This document shows, piece after piece, positions 35,428 through 49,288 of a DNA stretch of 64,000 nt (the first letter of the stretch is position 1; every line of letters starts with the position of its first letter). The position numbers were made by a program, and so were the translations under genes. The notes under the pieces are model-generated. The model ran no database searches. It saw nothing but the letters and a program-made list of their open reading frames with translations, and was not told the DNA's origin. Origin of the DNA: Gracilinanus agilis (taxonomy: Eukaryota); assembly GCF_016433145.1 (NCBI RefSeq), contig NC_058132.1, positions 618,114,382-618,178,381 on the forward strand. Reading direction: 5' to 3'.

Positions 35428-35582
35428 NNNNNNNNNNNNNNNNNNNNNNNNNNNNNNNNNNNNNNNNNNNNNNNNNNNNNNNNNNNNNNNNNNNNNNNNN
35501 NNNNNNNNNNNNNNNNNNNNNNNNNNNNNNNNNNNNNNNNNNNNNNNNNNNNNNNNNNNNNNNNNNNNNNNNNNNNNNNNNN
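35428..35582. other. Assembly gap (155 N)
   Basis: Run of N. Confidence 1.
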
Positions 35583-36556
35583 AAGGAAAAAGAAGGTTAA
35601 GGCTTTGGTAAAAGAATCGAGTGTAGGAGACAATGGGCAATAGAGGTGAGTGTTCATATGAAGAGAGGAGATATTCTTTTTTTCATAGAGATATGTTATG
35701 CCTCTGGAGGATAAACTTCCCAGAATACTGGGAAGATGAATCGCAGTGCTTGCTCAGAATGCCTCTTCTCACAACTGTGGTAGGATGGTATACTTGAAAG
35801 TCCTTCAACTTTTAGGCTGATGTAGGAGACAGGGGACCTACTTACAAACCCTTTCTCTTGCCTTTTATTCCTTAATTTCTCTGGACCTCAGTTTTCTTGA
35901 ACTTTAAAATGAGAAGGTTGGTTTAGATGATCTCTGAGACCCCTTCCTCTTAAATATTAATGATTTTTAAATCCTTTTTTAGAGTTAAGACTAAACTCCT
36001 CCAGGTCTGTAATTCTGCATCAGAATAGTTCTCTTTTCTAGCTGTTCTCACAGGCTACATCAATCTGAAGATGTTCTGTACACACACACACACACACAAA
36101 GCCTGAAGTTCCAAGGGTAGGGTTATGTTCACATTTAAGGGGAAGTCACTCATTCCTGGATTTACATATATGCCTTGGATTTTTAAAAGTGTGATTGCAA
36201 TTGACTGAGGATTTCCCATAGGATAGAGCCTATTTGAAATAGTGGATGAGAATAGGTAGAAAGCCAAGCTTCTATTTATGAAATTCTGATGTATACTGTC
36301 TATGTGATTCCAGGAAAGTCACTTAAAATCTAAATGCCCCAGGCAATTCTCTGAAATTTGCTCATCTGAAGAGGGTAGAGGAAGTTCCAAATGTGAACTT
36401 ATAGGTCTAAAACATGTGTGTGTTTGTATATGGGAGTGTCTCTGTATGTGCATGTAGGTGATCCTATTTGAAAGGAGACATAAAAGTTATTTTGTCTAGC
36501 TGGACTGAAACCTTGCTCACACTACCTGTGATCTTTACAATTTCTCTCTCTCTCTC

Positions 36557-36756
36557 TTTTTTTAAACCCTTACCTTCCATCTTCGAGTCAATACTGTGTA
36601 TTGGCTCCAAGGCAGAAGAGTGGTAATGGTAGGCAATGGGGGTCAAGTGACTTGCCTGGGGTCACACAGCTGGGAAGTGTCTGAGGTCAGATTTTAACCT
36701 AGGACTTCCCATCTCTATGCCTACCTCTCCATCCACTGAACTACCCAGCTGCCCCC
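36557..36756 (-). mobile_element. SINE1_Mdo-type SINE, full length
   Basis: aaacccttaccttccatcttcgagtcaatactgtgtattggctccaaggcagaagag...ctacccagctgccccc; TSD acaatttct(c/t)tct. Confidence 0.95.
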
Positions 36757-38057
36757 ACAATTTCTTTCTTGAATAGAAGCAAGCATTCCTTCTCAAGATC
36801 TACATCCGAGCTATTCAGGTCATTGGATCATAAGATTTAGAATTAACTAAGTCCAATCTTCCTTCCATAGATGAGAAAAATAGGGTTCAGAGTAGTCAAG
36901 CAATTTGTTCTGACAAATCATTTCAATTACTCCCCTCATTAGGCACTGGATAGGCATAGATAAATATGACAAAGACTCATGTCTAGAGGGGCCATTTGCT
37001 TCTTATTTTCAAGGAAGCACTCATACCGATCTCACAACTGTCAGTAGAAACCCTGAAGGGTTCATTTTCAATTCTTCAGGGTCCAAACATCTGAAAGGTT
37101 AGTGTTTAAAACAGCTAATCCAACTAAATGGATTTATTCATTCAACTGTCCTACTGAACATTTCTGTATGGATGACCTGAGCGTATTTTCAAATGATCAG
37201 AACCTCTATTTGTCTTCAAGCAAAAGAGTATTTCAAAAGATGTCATTAGACTGTGAGCTCCTTGAAAATAAGGATTTTCTGTTGAAATTATTTATAGCAC
37301 CATCACTCGGTACATAGTAGTAAAACTTATAATTGACAGGGAACACAATAGGGTCCTTCCTTCAAATCTCCTTTCCCTTTTGTTATAAGCCATTTAGAAT
37401 ATGGAATCATCAGCTTTGATATTTTCCACAAGACTATCTTAAAGGACAATGGGGCTGGACAGGTCAGTTTTACTCAGTCACTTTGTATAATTTCAGACAC
37501 AGAATGAGAGTGAGATAGCCCTTTCCACATATCCATCAGACAATGAAAGATAACTGAATAAATAAATAAAATGATCTATGGTAGCAAGGATTAGGTAACA
37601 TTGATAGATTGTACCTTGGAAATAAATACTGGTGAGCCCCCATAGATCAAAGCAAATTAAATAGGCTCTTATTACATAATATAATGAAGTTCACTATGTC
37701 CGACTAGAAGTGTGACAGGAATAAGTAAACATGCTAACAAAGAGATGGGCACCTGGTGAATTAGATTTTTCAACCTTTCTAATATGCCCATATTATGTGC
37801 AAATCCAGATTCTTGTTTATTATTATTATTAGACTATTATTCTGGGGTTTAAAGTCAAGCTTTTCCGTGTGTGTGTGTTGCTAGAAATAGCCCACCTTTA
37901 TGCATTATTCTATAATTTGTAATGAATATAACGTGATCTGATAATCTTCTTGGGAAATAGAACCAGAAGGAATCTTAGAGATCATATAGTTGAACCCCTT
38001 TGTTTTATATGTGGACAAATATAGGTCCAGAAAAGTGAATGAACTTGCCAATAATTT

Positions 38058-38308
38058 TGTTGTTAGTCATCTCAGTTATGTCCTGTCCTTTATGGCCCCA
38101 TTTAGGGTTATTTCTGCTAAGATACTGGAGTGATTCACCATTTCCTTCTCCAACTCATTTTATAGAAAAGGAAACTGAGGCAAAGAGGGATAAGTGATTC
38201 TTCTAGGATAACACAACTAGTTAAGTGTCTAATGGCAGATTTGAATTCATTAAGATGAGTCTTCTTGATTCTGGACCCAACACTTCATCCTTTGCACCAT
38301 CTAGCTAT
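38058..38308 (-). mobile_element. MAR1-type CORE-SINE
   Basis: gatactggagtgattcaccatttccttctccaactcatttt...gaggaaactgaggc-like core. Confidence 0.8.
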
Positions 38309-38429
38309 GCATGCCTAGGGTCAAACAGCAGATAAATAGTGGACCAAGTTTTGAAATTCAGTTACCCTAATTCCAGCATACCATAGTATTTTCCAGGTAC
38401 ATTATAAAGTAGGAAAAATAAACAAACAA

Positions 38430-38790
38430 GCAAACAAAATTCTGAGTTTGGAGTAAGGAGAGGCTTAGGTTCAAATTTCATCTCTGACTCAGCTATGTGA
38501 CTATCAAAAAGTCAATTTACCTTCTGAGCCTCAATTTTTTGACCTGTAAAATTGGGAGGATCATAGTAATTCTCACAAGACTTGTTGGCAAAAACATATA
38601 AATTGTGAATTACAATTAATCCTATGAGATACACAATATCTGTATTTTTCTTCCAATTTTATAGATAAGGGAAATGAAGTGGAGAGAGCTGAAGGGACTT
38701 GTCAAAAGTCATATGAATAATAAATAGCAGAGTCAGGATATGAGTCCAAATTTTCTAACTCCAAATCTGCTGTTCTCTCAGTGAGCTTTG
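38430..38790. mobile_element. Two adjacent MIR fragments (+ then -)
   Basis: ggttcaaatttcatctctgac...gacctgtaaaattggg, then ttttatagataagggaaa...gcagagtcaggat. Confidence 0.6.
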
Positions 38791-40379
38791 TAGCTATATG
38801 AATATATCTGGATGTGTGAAAAGCTCCAACCTGTGGAATCACATTTAAAATAATTTTTACACTATGATCTATTTGCACAAATAATAATTTATCATCAATA
38901 CATTGCTCCCCTTTTGAGTTCTTTTAGATATGTAAATTATACTATTCATCAATATAAAGCCATATAACTTCAGCTTTCTCTCTTTCCATTGTGACATGGG
39001 AATAACCAATCAAAACTTTGAATATTTAATGACTCATAGTCTTTATTGTAACTTTCAATGGTTTGTTTTAATGGCATAATTCTGATTTTCAAAAGATAGA
39101 TTTTGATAAAATAATTGGTTGAGTTTATTCATGTTTATGTGATGCCAAATACTAAAACTGACTTAGCCAAAGCATAAAAATATATTGAAATAAATAAGAG
39201 CATTAATCATTAAAGAGAGACAGAGAGATAGAAAAAAGATGGAAGATACAGATCAATTTGCTGAGATTTAAGAGATGTGTAACCAATTTGTAATTTGGCC
39301 TTAGTCAAGTCATTTTAGTCCGTTTTCTGTTGTTCAGTCATTTAAATTGTGTCTGACTCTTCATGACCTCATTTGGAGTTTTCTTGGCAACGATACTGGG
39401 TATATACTAAACCTACTTATTATCTGAACTCATTTTTCCAAGCTAGGCAGGCTCAAAGCCTTTATCTCCTTAGAACTATGTTGGGTGATTCTATGACTGT
39501 AATAATAAAAGAAAGGGACCTAAAAATCAACCACAAAAGCACACATAGGAAATAATTATATGAAAAATCTGGACAAGTCATTGAGTCTCTATAAATAAGG
39601 AGATTAGGAACTAGATACTCATCTGAAGATCTATAATTCTAAATTATTTTCGAAGCTGTGCTGTGAAAGTTGCCCTAAGGAATGAAAAAAGGAATTTTTC
39701 TGCCTTGATAATCAAAGCATATAAATTATTCTCTCAAAGTAGCTAATAATAGGAAAATCTAGCTCAAAATGTATTAGAAATTCCATAGTATTTCAAATGA
39801 TACTTTTGTTGCAGAAATCATTTGCTTAGCATGGCTCACTTTGTCTTCAATTTGAATTCTACAAATGCTTTCATAGATTTTGAGGTATCTCCATTGAGAA
39901 AAGTGAAATGCTAATTTAAGGAGCTTGGATCTAAATGGTGGAGTCTATGATGAGCACAGAGCAGGAACTCAATAAACATTTGTGAAATTTACTTTATTGA
40001 GGACTGGTTTCCAAGGAAAATATTTGTTACTTCCACAATTGATAGAAGACTAAATAGACAGGTTTCCCTTGTGGTACACCTGTGTTCTGTACAAGAAAAA
40101 GAACCCCAAAGAAATCAAATGAGAAGAACAGCTCATTTTTAAAAATCAAAGAATTTGAATAATACTTTCATTTTAGTTGTATAACACTTAAGTGTTTCCC
40201 CAAATATTATCTCACTTGTGGTTTCCAACCTCCCTGTGAAGTAGTCAGATAACTTTGGAGTCAAAAGATAGGGGTTACAAAAACTAGTCTTTTCAATTCA
40301 CTAAATCTTTTTAGTCTTTTTTTTGCCAGCTCTAAAAAGAAAAAGTTGAACTACAAAACCTCAAAGGTCCCTTCCAAAC

Positions 40380-40770
40380 AGTCAATCAACATATCAATCT
40401 GCATTTATTAAATCCTTACAATATGTCAGGCAATTTGATAAACACTGGGGAATCAATGGGGAAAAAATAAAACATTTCTTTCCCTCAAGAAACTTATATT
40501 CAATTCAAGAGACAAATGGCAGTCCCATTGAACTGCTTATTCAAAATAAATACACAGGTAATTTGGAGTGGGAGGAGAGAGTTCTGGTAACTGAGAGGGG
40601 CATCACTAAAGCCTTCATATAGAAGGTGATACTTAAACTGAGTTTTGAAGGAAATTAGGAATTCCAAGAGGAAAGGTGAAGATGGAGTGAAATCTAGGAA
40701 TGAAGGAGAGACATTGGAAAGACAATGCAAAGAAAGGGAGGATGAAAGGTCAAGCAATAAAAGTAGTTCT
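40380..40770 (-). mobile_element. L2 3' fragment
   Basis: gtcaatcaac...atttattaaatcc...tgtcaggca...ccctcaagaaacttatatt. Confidence 0.78.
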
Positions 40771-40987
40771 CCTGAGCCATAGAATATGTTCCAACTTTCA
40801 TCTATAATCTTAGGAATTCTACATTTTCTGAATGGGGAACCTGAGACTGAGAGACTTAATATGACTCCTCCCATATCACACATCAAGTATATAACAAAGT
40901 CACAACTAGGAACCAAATTTCCTGATTCCAAGTTTGGTTCTTTTCATTTCATTGACTTGCCTTTCAAAAAAAAGTTAAAACCCTTAT

Positions 40988-41275
40988 AAGAAAGAAAGCT
41001 ATCCACATCCAGAGAAAGAACTATAGGAGTAGGAATACAGAAGAAAAACACCTCCTTAATCACATGGTTTGATGGGATATGATTGGGGATGTAGACTCTA
41101 AACAATCACCCTAATGCAAATATTAATAATATAGAAATAGGTCTTGTTCAATGACATATGTAAAAACCCAGTGGAATTGCTCTTTGGCTATGGGAGGCGG
41201 CGTGGAGAGGAAAGGGAAAGAATATGAATCATGTAACCATGGAAAAATATTCAAAATTAAATAAATAAATGGAAT
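40988..41275 (+). mobile_element. L1_Mdo-type 3' end
   Basis: gctatccacatccagagaaagaact...aaacccagtggaattgct...gaatcatgtaaccatggaaaaatatt and A-rich tail. Confidence 0.92.
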
Positions 41276-41836
41276 AAAGGGAAAAAAGGCCAAATCCAAA
41301 AAATACAATCCATTCAGTCACTGAGATTTACAAGTACAATTATTGGAAACAAGGAAGCACCAATGTTCTTGCTTTGTAAGAATATTTAAGATAAAGATAA
41401 TTGGAAACAAGTCATTTAAGTTACATCTTGAAAGTGTACATAAAAATTAAATAAAATGAAATAAATGTGCATATGCAAGGAAAAAAAGTCAAATCAAAAA
41501 GAAAGAAGAAATGAAAAACCCTAGAACCATCCCTTTTCCTTCCTAGACCACAACCTTCCGAGTTTCTCATTCCACAGGTTTTAATGACTCTTTACAAGTC
41601 CTACTCACATCCAAAGGTTGTGTGTGTGGTACTCATTAAAAGGGAGAAAAAGGGTCCAGAGATGTGTCTGTTTCCCCTAAGAAGTCTGGAGTCACTCCCA
41701 CCAACCGGGAAGCCTTCTTTAGGGTGGAGAGGTTGGAAATGATCTGGAAAAGGAAGCAACAGAGGAGCTGAAGAATTAGTGGGTGGGGGTGGTTATTTAC
41801 ATGATCTCTCCTCACTCCATCAACTTTATTACTCAC

Positions 41837-41936
41837 CCATGTTCAGGGCTATTATTCCTTTTTCCCTGATATTTTCCTTGGATGAGTTGGCTCATTGTGA
41901 AGCTGACATTCACGGGCTTTGGGGGATTCACTGCCC
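41837..41936 (-). CDS. Candidate 100-nt exon (AVNPPKPVNVSFTMSQLIQGKYQGKRNNSPEH)
   Basis: cctaacctttag acceptor (branch point unusually close), TGG|gtgagt donor, one open frame. Confidence 0.17.
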
Positions 41937-42604
41937 CTAAAGGTTAGGTATATTTTTGTGAGAAAGGGCCCCTGGATGCATGCTCCTTCCAAACCAAATT
42001 AAATAGAAATGTGAACATAATGAGACACCAAAAAGAGAATTGTTATCATTACCTGGATATAAATGAAGAAACAGAAAAGCCTGCTTGGTAATTTCACCCA
42101 GTGTTTTTATTGCCATGTGGTTCCTGAAGTTCATGGAATGAGCAAAGACATTTCAGTGACTGGGAGAGAAGCATGCTGAGCAGAGAAGGAGGAGGGAGGG
42201 TAGTGATGGGGATGGGAAGAGTGAGAGGGGGTGGTTGTAAATACCTGTGGTTGTGGAGGGTTCAGTAAGAAAAACTCTAGGTATATATGTGTATAGATGT
42301 ACATGTGTATATGAACCCCCCGACTTTTTCTTTGTTTTGCCTTGTACATCTCATATATGAATATGAATATATGTGAATGCACAATGCAAACTAAATAAGT
42401 TCAGATATTTTCTTATATATGCAGGTCATATATATGCAAACACATACCCATATATGAATGTACACATACATACAGTACAAACTAATTTGGGGGCTTGTAT
42501 TTAGAAGGAAAAGAAAAATCATTTAAAGAAAAAACTGTTTTGCCTAAAAGGAAACACTTTTAAAATGACTTCTTTTAAATCATAAATTTGTGTTTTTAAA
42601 TAAC

Positions 42605-42855
42605 CACTATAGCTTGGTAGCTCAGTAGTTATAGCGCTGGACCTGGATTCAAGAAGATGTGTTCAAATCCAGTCTCAAATTCTTAATAACTTTGGGACCC
42701 TGATGAGTCACTTAATTTCTTTCTGCCTCTGTTTTCCCATGTGTAAAATAAGAGAGAATGATAATATCTATGTCCCATGGTTAATGTGTAGATAAAATGA
42801 GATATTTGTAAAGCGTTTTGTAGAATTTAAGATGTTATGTAAATGCTAGTGATTT
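42605..42855 (+). mobile_element. MIR-family CORE-SINE
   Basis: gctggacctggattcaagaaga...gttcaaatccagtctca...aaatgagatatttgtaaagcg...atgtaaatgctag. Confidence 0.8.
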
Positions 42856-43108
42856 TAAATAAGTGCTACATATTTAATTAAATAATTTGTTAATATTATG
42901 TATCAATAACATTAATAATTAATGTTATCAAGAATACCAGAATATTAATTCATTAATAATAATTAAATAATTTATTGATGATATTAATTAATATTATAAT
43001 ATTGTTAATTTATATTGATTTAATTAATTAAAATGTAACATTTATTTAAAATCACTAGCATTTACATGAGACTTTAACTTCTGCAAAACACTTTACAAAT
43101 ATCTCATT
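42796..43108. repeat. Long inverted repeat: 76-bp arms, 161-bp AT-rich spacer
   Basis: 42796-42871 versus the reverse complement of 43033-43108: 67/76 identical with no gaps. Confidence 0.92.
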
Positions 43109-44639
43109 ATATATTATATTGTATATATATATATACACACACACACACAAACATACAAACACATTCCTCTCTCTGTCTCTGTCATCTCTATGTTTTCTCT
43201 TATATATCCAGTCAATATAAATCCTAAGGTAGGTTTGAATATCTCTCAAGATAGTCAGTGAAGTTCCTGTAGAGTCATAAATAAACTCCAAAATTCAAAT
43301 GTAGATGGAAAAAGAGGGCCATAGTGGTTAAGTTACTTAGAGTCAACAATTAACCCAAAAACTCAGATACAGATCGATCTCAGAAACACAAATCCAGTCT
43401 TGTTTTTACTATTCCACACTGTCTCTTCAGTGTTACATTGTCATCACTAGAAGGATGCTCTGGAGGGGATTCCTGTCCAGGTGTGGGTTGGATTATGTGA
43501 CTTTTAACATTTCTTCCAGCTCTGATATTCTCTGATTCTGCAAAAGTTTTTTGTGGGTGAGATCATCTGCACACTGAAAATAAGCTTCTCCCATTGTGAA
43601 ATGAAATGATTTAACTATATGATTTCTAAGATCCTTCCCACCTTTAAGACTAATAAGAGGTTAGTAGTCCCACTTCTTTGAGTTCTGGGCACTCTAGAGT
43701 TCTTGTGTAAGAGGCTCAAAGGCAAAGGCCGAGTGTCCAAGATTTACCCTACTTTTGAAACAGCCAAGACAAAATCTGGTTTAGAACCCAGATCTGGTTC
43801 TTAGGTCAGTCTTCTTTTCGACCCATAATGTTTTGGGGTTTTTTGTTCAGGACAAAAAGAGAATGACTAAAGAGTGATTCCTTTCAGGATGAATGATGAC
43901 CTTAGTGGGAGTAAGGATAAAATTTAAATAAAAATGTTTTGAAAGTGAAGAAACATGTGGCCTATTTTCTAATTTAAGGACCCTCTAATATAATACATAA
44001 GTGTGTTTATTGAAAACTTCCCTGTTTCAGTGTCCTGGAATTATAAACAGTCATTTACAACCCTCTCCAAATATTTAAATAGGAGGGAGACCATTTTGTA
44101 AATACTGCATCATTTAAGGCACTTCTGAAGATTCTACTCCACATTGGACATTTTTAGGTCATTAAGGGTAAAACGAATGTTTAATGATAACAAAGCATTC
44201 CATTGAGTAAATAATTGTACTTCTAGTTCTGCCAAACAACCTAAGCCATCACCACACATGAAGTCCACATGCTCATGAGCCATGTTCATTTCCTTTACAT
44301 GCAGTAATTGTTATAACGTGGGTTTATCCCATTACTCAAAAGCTTCTTGAAGCTCTTTGTTCCGAGTTCTGATGAGATTTGCAGATGAGATGCTGAACAT
44401 CCTAAATTCCTCCAGTAGGAAAAGAAAGAGAAAAGTTAAAAGAGATGGAAAGAAGGGGTTCAGATTTAGGGAAAAGTATAGTGAAGGGAGAAAAATATTT
44501 GCCCTTCCAAAAAACACCCTCCCATTAAATAAAAATACTTCTCAAGGTAGGGAGCCCTGTGAGAAAAATGAGGTGAAAGTCAGAGAGTAGGAAATAGCTA
44601 TAGGGAGAGTGGAGGGAGAAAGAGCATGATTGTGAGATA

Positions 44640-45430
44640 ATTTTTGTTCTGAATTCAATTCAACAACAGTTTGTTATGCAACTGTTATTTTCAGGGAACA
44701 GGGATTTAAAGATAGATGTGGCATAGGAAGGAAAAAATATGCGCCTATATATCTATGTCTAGATAAAAAGATAAACCAAAAGAAAAAGGATGACCAAAAT
44801 TCTCTTAGATGTTTAAATAGGAAGCAATTGCTTTCACCCTGGGGAGGACCAGCTAAAGCTTCATAGAGTCCCTTGTACTTGAGATTCTTGGAGGGACTAA
44901 AGCAGACAGAGATTATAAGGATTTCATTTAGACACAAGGAATAATGCAGAGCAATAACAGAAATGGGTATAAAAGTCCTATAGACCGATCTGTTTGGAAT
45001 TTAGAATATGTAATAGGAAGTGACCTGAGAAATATGAAAAGTTAGTTTGGAATTCAGTTGTGGAGAGCATTGAATGACAGAAAGAAATATTTATACTCTA
45101 AACAATAGGCAATGTGTAGCCCTTGAAGATTTTTAAAATAAAAAATATCAGAATGGAATGTTATCAACATTAGTCAGAAAGGAAGAAGACCTGTTTTGAA
45201 ACTATCACCATAATTTAAGCAGAGATAAGAACCTAATAAAAGATAGTTGTAATGAGAGTAAAGAAAGGGGGATGGATGTGAAAAATATATTGGACTTGGG
45301 AATAGGAGTGATCAGTTAATAAAATGTGAAGGGTGAAGAGGAAAGAGTCAAAGATAATTTCAAGTTCATGAACCTGGGTGATGGAGAACAGTGATATAAT
45401 CAATGGAAATAAAGATTTTCATGTTCATAG
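44640..45430 (-). mobile_element. L2 fragment(s)
   Basis: Purine-rich antisense L2: gaagagtcaaagata-like, aagttcatgaacctgggtgatggagaacagtg. Confidence 0.6.
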
Positions 45431-46319
45431 AGGACTTAAATAAAGTGTGCTTCGTTTGGGGGTATATTTAATTGTTTGTTGTATTTAGAGCATTTTACTC
45501 TCTATCAGAAGAGATCCAAAGATAAAGGCTTCAATGAAACTACAATCTAGACTTTCTGTTTTGTGTATTTATAAAAATACTTTAAAAGGAGATAGGAACG
45601 TAGAAGTCTTTTTGCATACTGAACATACACGTTTGACTTAGAAGACATGACTACTTAGGATCTGACCTTTGTCTTCCTTTGAATTCAGGTTATTATCATC
45701 AACATTACCAAAATAACTGTTTTTCCTAGTCCTTTGCAAGATGGTATAGCAATTGCATAATCTTGATGTTTGATTTCTAGAATCATACCAGGGAAAAGAA
45801 TAGCTGAATTAATGGATCAGTGCAATTTGACAGAATTGATGTCTATAGACCAACAATTATAGGGAATTTATTAAGATAACAATAATAAAATTGGATAGAA
45901 CAATTATCTCATTATGTCCAGTTCTACTATTATCATAAACACAAAACTTGACTCCATTGTCTATTTTTGTTTATATCTTCTATTTTCATGTCAGACCACC
46001 ATGACTTTCTCTGCAGTCATCATTTTCCATCAATGAAAAAGACGCATTATTTTGGAATGTGAGAATTTAGAATGCTCTCATTATATATTTATTTAATGAG
46101 ATTACTGCAATTGAATTTGTTCATTTTCACTAGGCTGATAATAAGGGGTGATTTGGCACGGATTTCTCTTTCTATTCTTAACCATTTACCCCCAATCATC
46201 CTATCAATAAAGTATTTCTATTTAAATCATTAATTTATTTAACTATGTCCAAAGCCACTAATTTTCATTCCTCACAAAATGTCTCTGCTTCTATTCTATG
46301 GATGATAATACTCTTCTTT

Positions 46320-46520
46320 CTGTGAAATCTCAAAAGTTAACTGAATTAAACGACCACTGTTAACCCATGGCCTTGAAGACAAGAAGTCACCTATTTGGCC
46401 ATTCATTAATCAGATTGTTAATGGTCTATCATTGGAGCAGATTTCAAGCCATCTAAACTATTGCAATTCTTTCGAACCTACATGTTGGAGGAATGAAGAG
46501 CTGGTTTGAATGCTTTGATC
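46320..46520 (-). mobile_element. CR1/L3 RT remnant
   Basis: Reverse complement has atcaaagcattc (SKAF-like) and cttcaaggccatgggtt (PQG-like) in the expected order. Confidence 0.38.
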
Positions 46521-47732
46521 ATTTCAGGGTTAATCCATTATGGCACCCTCTAGACAAAGCATATAACATAAAGGAATATATTCTGGGCCAAACTACACTA
46601 TGTACTACTTGGAAATATTTACCTCATGTAGAAACTCTCAATTTGAAAGCAGTAGGTGTCAGTTAATTCTTTAACTTCTAAAAAAGTCAGTATTATAATT
46701 GGCTAACTATACCATGTGGGGTTCTGCCTTCCTCTCAAGGATCCTATTACTTATTGCCAGAAGGATTTTACTGGACTTTACAGACATGCTGCCTAATTCA
46801 ATCTGGAAAAACATATTGCAGTGACAAAGATTCCAGGTACTCTATTATTACTACTACAAATTTACACTGCACACACGTACCAGCCCTAATACTCTAGGTA
46901 CTACTCTGTTAAGACCAAATATAATCCTTAAGAAACTTATTTTTGCATTGGACAAATAGATTATCTCTTTGAGGTGGGGAGAGGCACAGGAAAAGAATGT
47001 TTTTAATGCTACTGAATCTTTTAGTTTCCCACATCCTAATTCCATGAATGTGCCTGTTTCAAAATTTCCAGCAATCAATATCAAGTCCAAGAAAAGGGGT
47101 TGGTGAATCCAAGTACAAACAAGGAAACAAAAATGAATGCAAGTCCCAAGAGACAGTAGGTAAGCTATTAAGCCCTATTTTCAAGCCCTAATTTCAGTCT
47201 TGACTGAAATTTAATTACTTTAAAATTGATTTGATATATAAATATATATATAAATATATACATACATATATGTATATATTTATATATATTGGATTGCCCA
47301 GGTAGCTTCTTAAGTTGGATCTGAATGTGACTTTCAAGTTGAACCCAGGCATTTTGGAGGTTAGAGTGTTATCTTAGCCAACACGAGAAACCATCACATA
47401 TAGCCATAAATACTGTCCAATATTTGAGGGAACACATGCCAAAGAATGCTTGTGGTTTACCCATCACTAATCTTCTTAACACTGAGTCATAAGTACCACT
47501 TGAGCACCCTGAGGAATGTTTTAAGAATCAGAAAGCTTTTGTACTACTTTCAGCTAACTCTTTTGGCTGATGACAGCTGCTCTTGCAATTAGTCCTTCTT
47601 CTGACCTCATGGTCAACCACAATAGCCTTAGAGATTTCTGGAAAGGGAAATGATTACATTTAATGTATATGGACAAGACCTGCATGTGTGTAAATTAATA
47701 GAGGTCCTATGTCCTTTTCTTTTCTCTCGCAG

Positions 47733-47813
47733 TTACAAATTGTCCCCCTCCATATGTGACATGCACATCTGTTTACCTACTCTAATGGAGGGAGAAATGA
47801 TTATAGCAGGAAG
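47733..47813 (+). CDS. Candidate 81-nt exon (YKLSPSICDMHICLPTLMEGEMIIAG; alternative terminal frame TNCPPPYVTCTSVYLL*)
   Basis: Strong acceptor gtccttttcttttctctcgcag, AAG|gtaaaa donor. Confidence 0.27.
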
Positions 47814-48159
47814 GTAAAACATCCAATACTCCCAAGGAATATTTAAAAAAAGAATCCTTTGCCCATCATGGAAAACAAAAATCTTAATGGACATACTAGA
47901 ATAGAGTATAAATTGCTTGTTCAATGTTCTACTCCTGGTTTTGAAGGTGGAAATGTTTATAAGTGGATATCGAAGTTTGAATTAGAATTTTTTAAGTACA
48001 AGAAGAGAGAGACTTTCCTCTATAATAATTACAGGTTTAAAATGGAGATTGGAACCAGATCTGTGATATCATAAGTATAGAGAATGCCTAGTTGTGAAGA
48101 GTTTTTTTTTTTTACTTCTCTGAAACATCTAATTTTAAAGAGCTGCCTAGAAAATTCCT

Positions 48160-48360
48160 GTGTGTTGTAGTGGATAGAGATAGAGTCCCTAAGTCATGAA
48201 GACCTAAATTCAAGTTGTGTCCCTATCACATATATGACCTGGAGAGAGTCACTTAATTTCTCAGTGACCTCAGACAATCCTCTAAAACTGTAAGTTGCAA
48301 AGCAAATATTGACAAAAATTGGTAGAGGTTTCCTCATTGGGAGTTCTCTAGATGACTCCC
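48160..48360 (+). mobile_element. Marsupial CORE-SINE with a non-MIR tail
   Basis: CORE followed by gacaatcctctaaaactgtaagttgc...ttggtagaggtttcctcattgggagttc. Confidence 0.7.
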
Positions 48361-49288
48361 AAAATGTGACTATTCAAACTTAACCATAACAATAATGATA
48401 GTAATAATTATAATTCATATTATTAGCACCTCAACAGCAAGGATTGTCTTTCATTCTTTTTTGCTATCCTCAATACTTGGCGCAGTGCCTGACACATAGT
48501 AGGAGGTTAATAAAAACTAGTTGACTGACCGAATACATACACTGGATGGTGAAAGTATCAATTCTGTTTAAAATAAGAAATATGGTCACAGAGAATAAAT
48601 GATATTTTTGGTTGCCCATTTAAAAGTATGTGGTATAAGCTAATAGCTAGAATAATAGCCCAGGTTTCCTGACTCCAAATAACACAGTCTTCCACATGAT
48701 GCTCCTACCTACTCTAGTATTTCCTGTCATTCTATGGTGTGACTAATGGGCACTAGCTGGGAATCTTTGCTTCTGTCCTTTTAATCTTTCATCAAGTAGA
48801 GATAACTTGAGAATAGCAGGAAAAATTTAGTGAGAAGCAGTGTAAGCATTGTGTAGGAGTAATGAAAACAGTTTTACAAAGCATCCTTCCTAATCAAAAT
48901 AAAAATTGTTGAAGAGGGAAGCTGAGTGAAGGTTTCACCCAAAGAGAAAACTGGGGCCCAGGAATTAAGCATAGAAACCCAAATATATAGGGAAATGGAA
49001 TGTTTAGGAGGATCAAAGTGAAGTAGAATCTGGGGGGAAAGTAGCTAAACTAAGTGAGAGCAAAATTCTTTTAAATGTTTTGGTAGGTGCAATGATAAGG
49101 TCCATCGGCATTCTTTGAATGGGAAGAGAGGCAGGCCTGGGATGCATCTGAGTTTAGGGTTTCTCCAACTTTTCAGGATAGGAGAAAGTTGTACTTTTGC
49201 CAGAATATAACAGGAAGAGGAAGCATCTGACCTTTCAGATATTGTTTCATAGGAAATAGAAAAATTAATTTTCGTTTGTTTTCTCAAG

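Noticed and set aside
24596-35657. ORFs containing long X runs
   Set aside because: Artefacts of reading through N gaps
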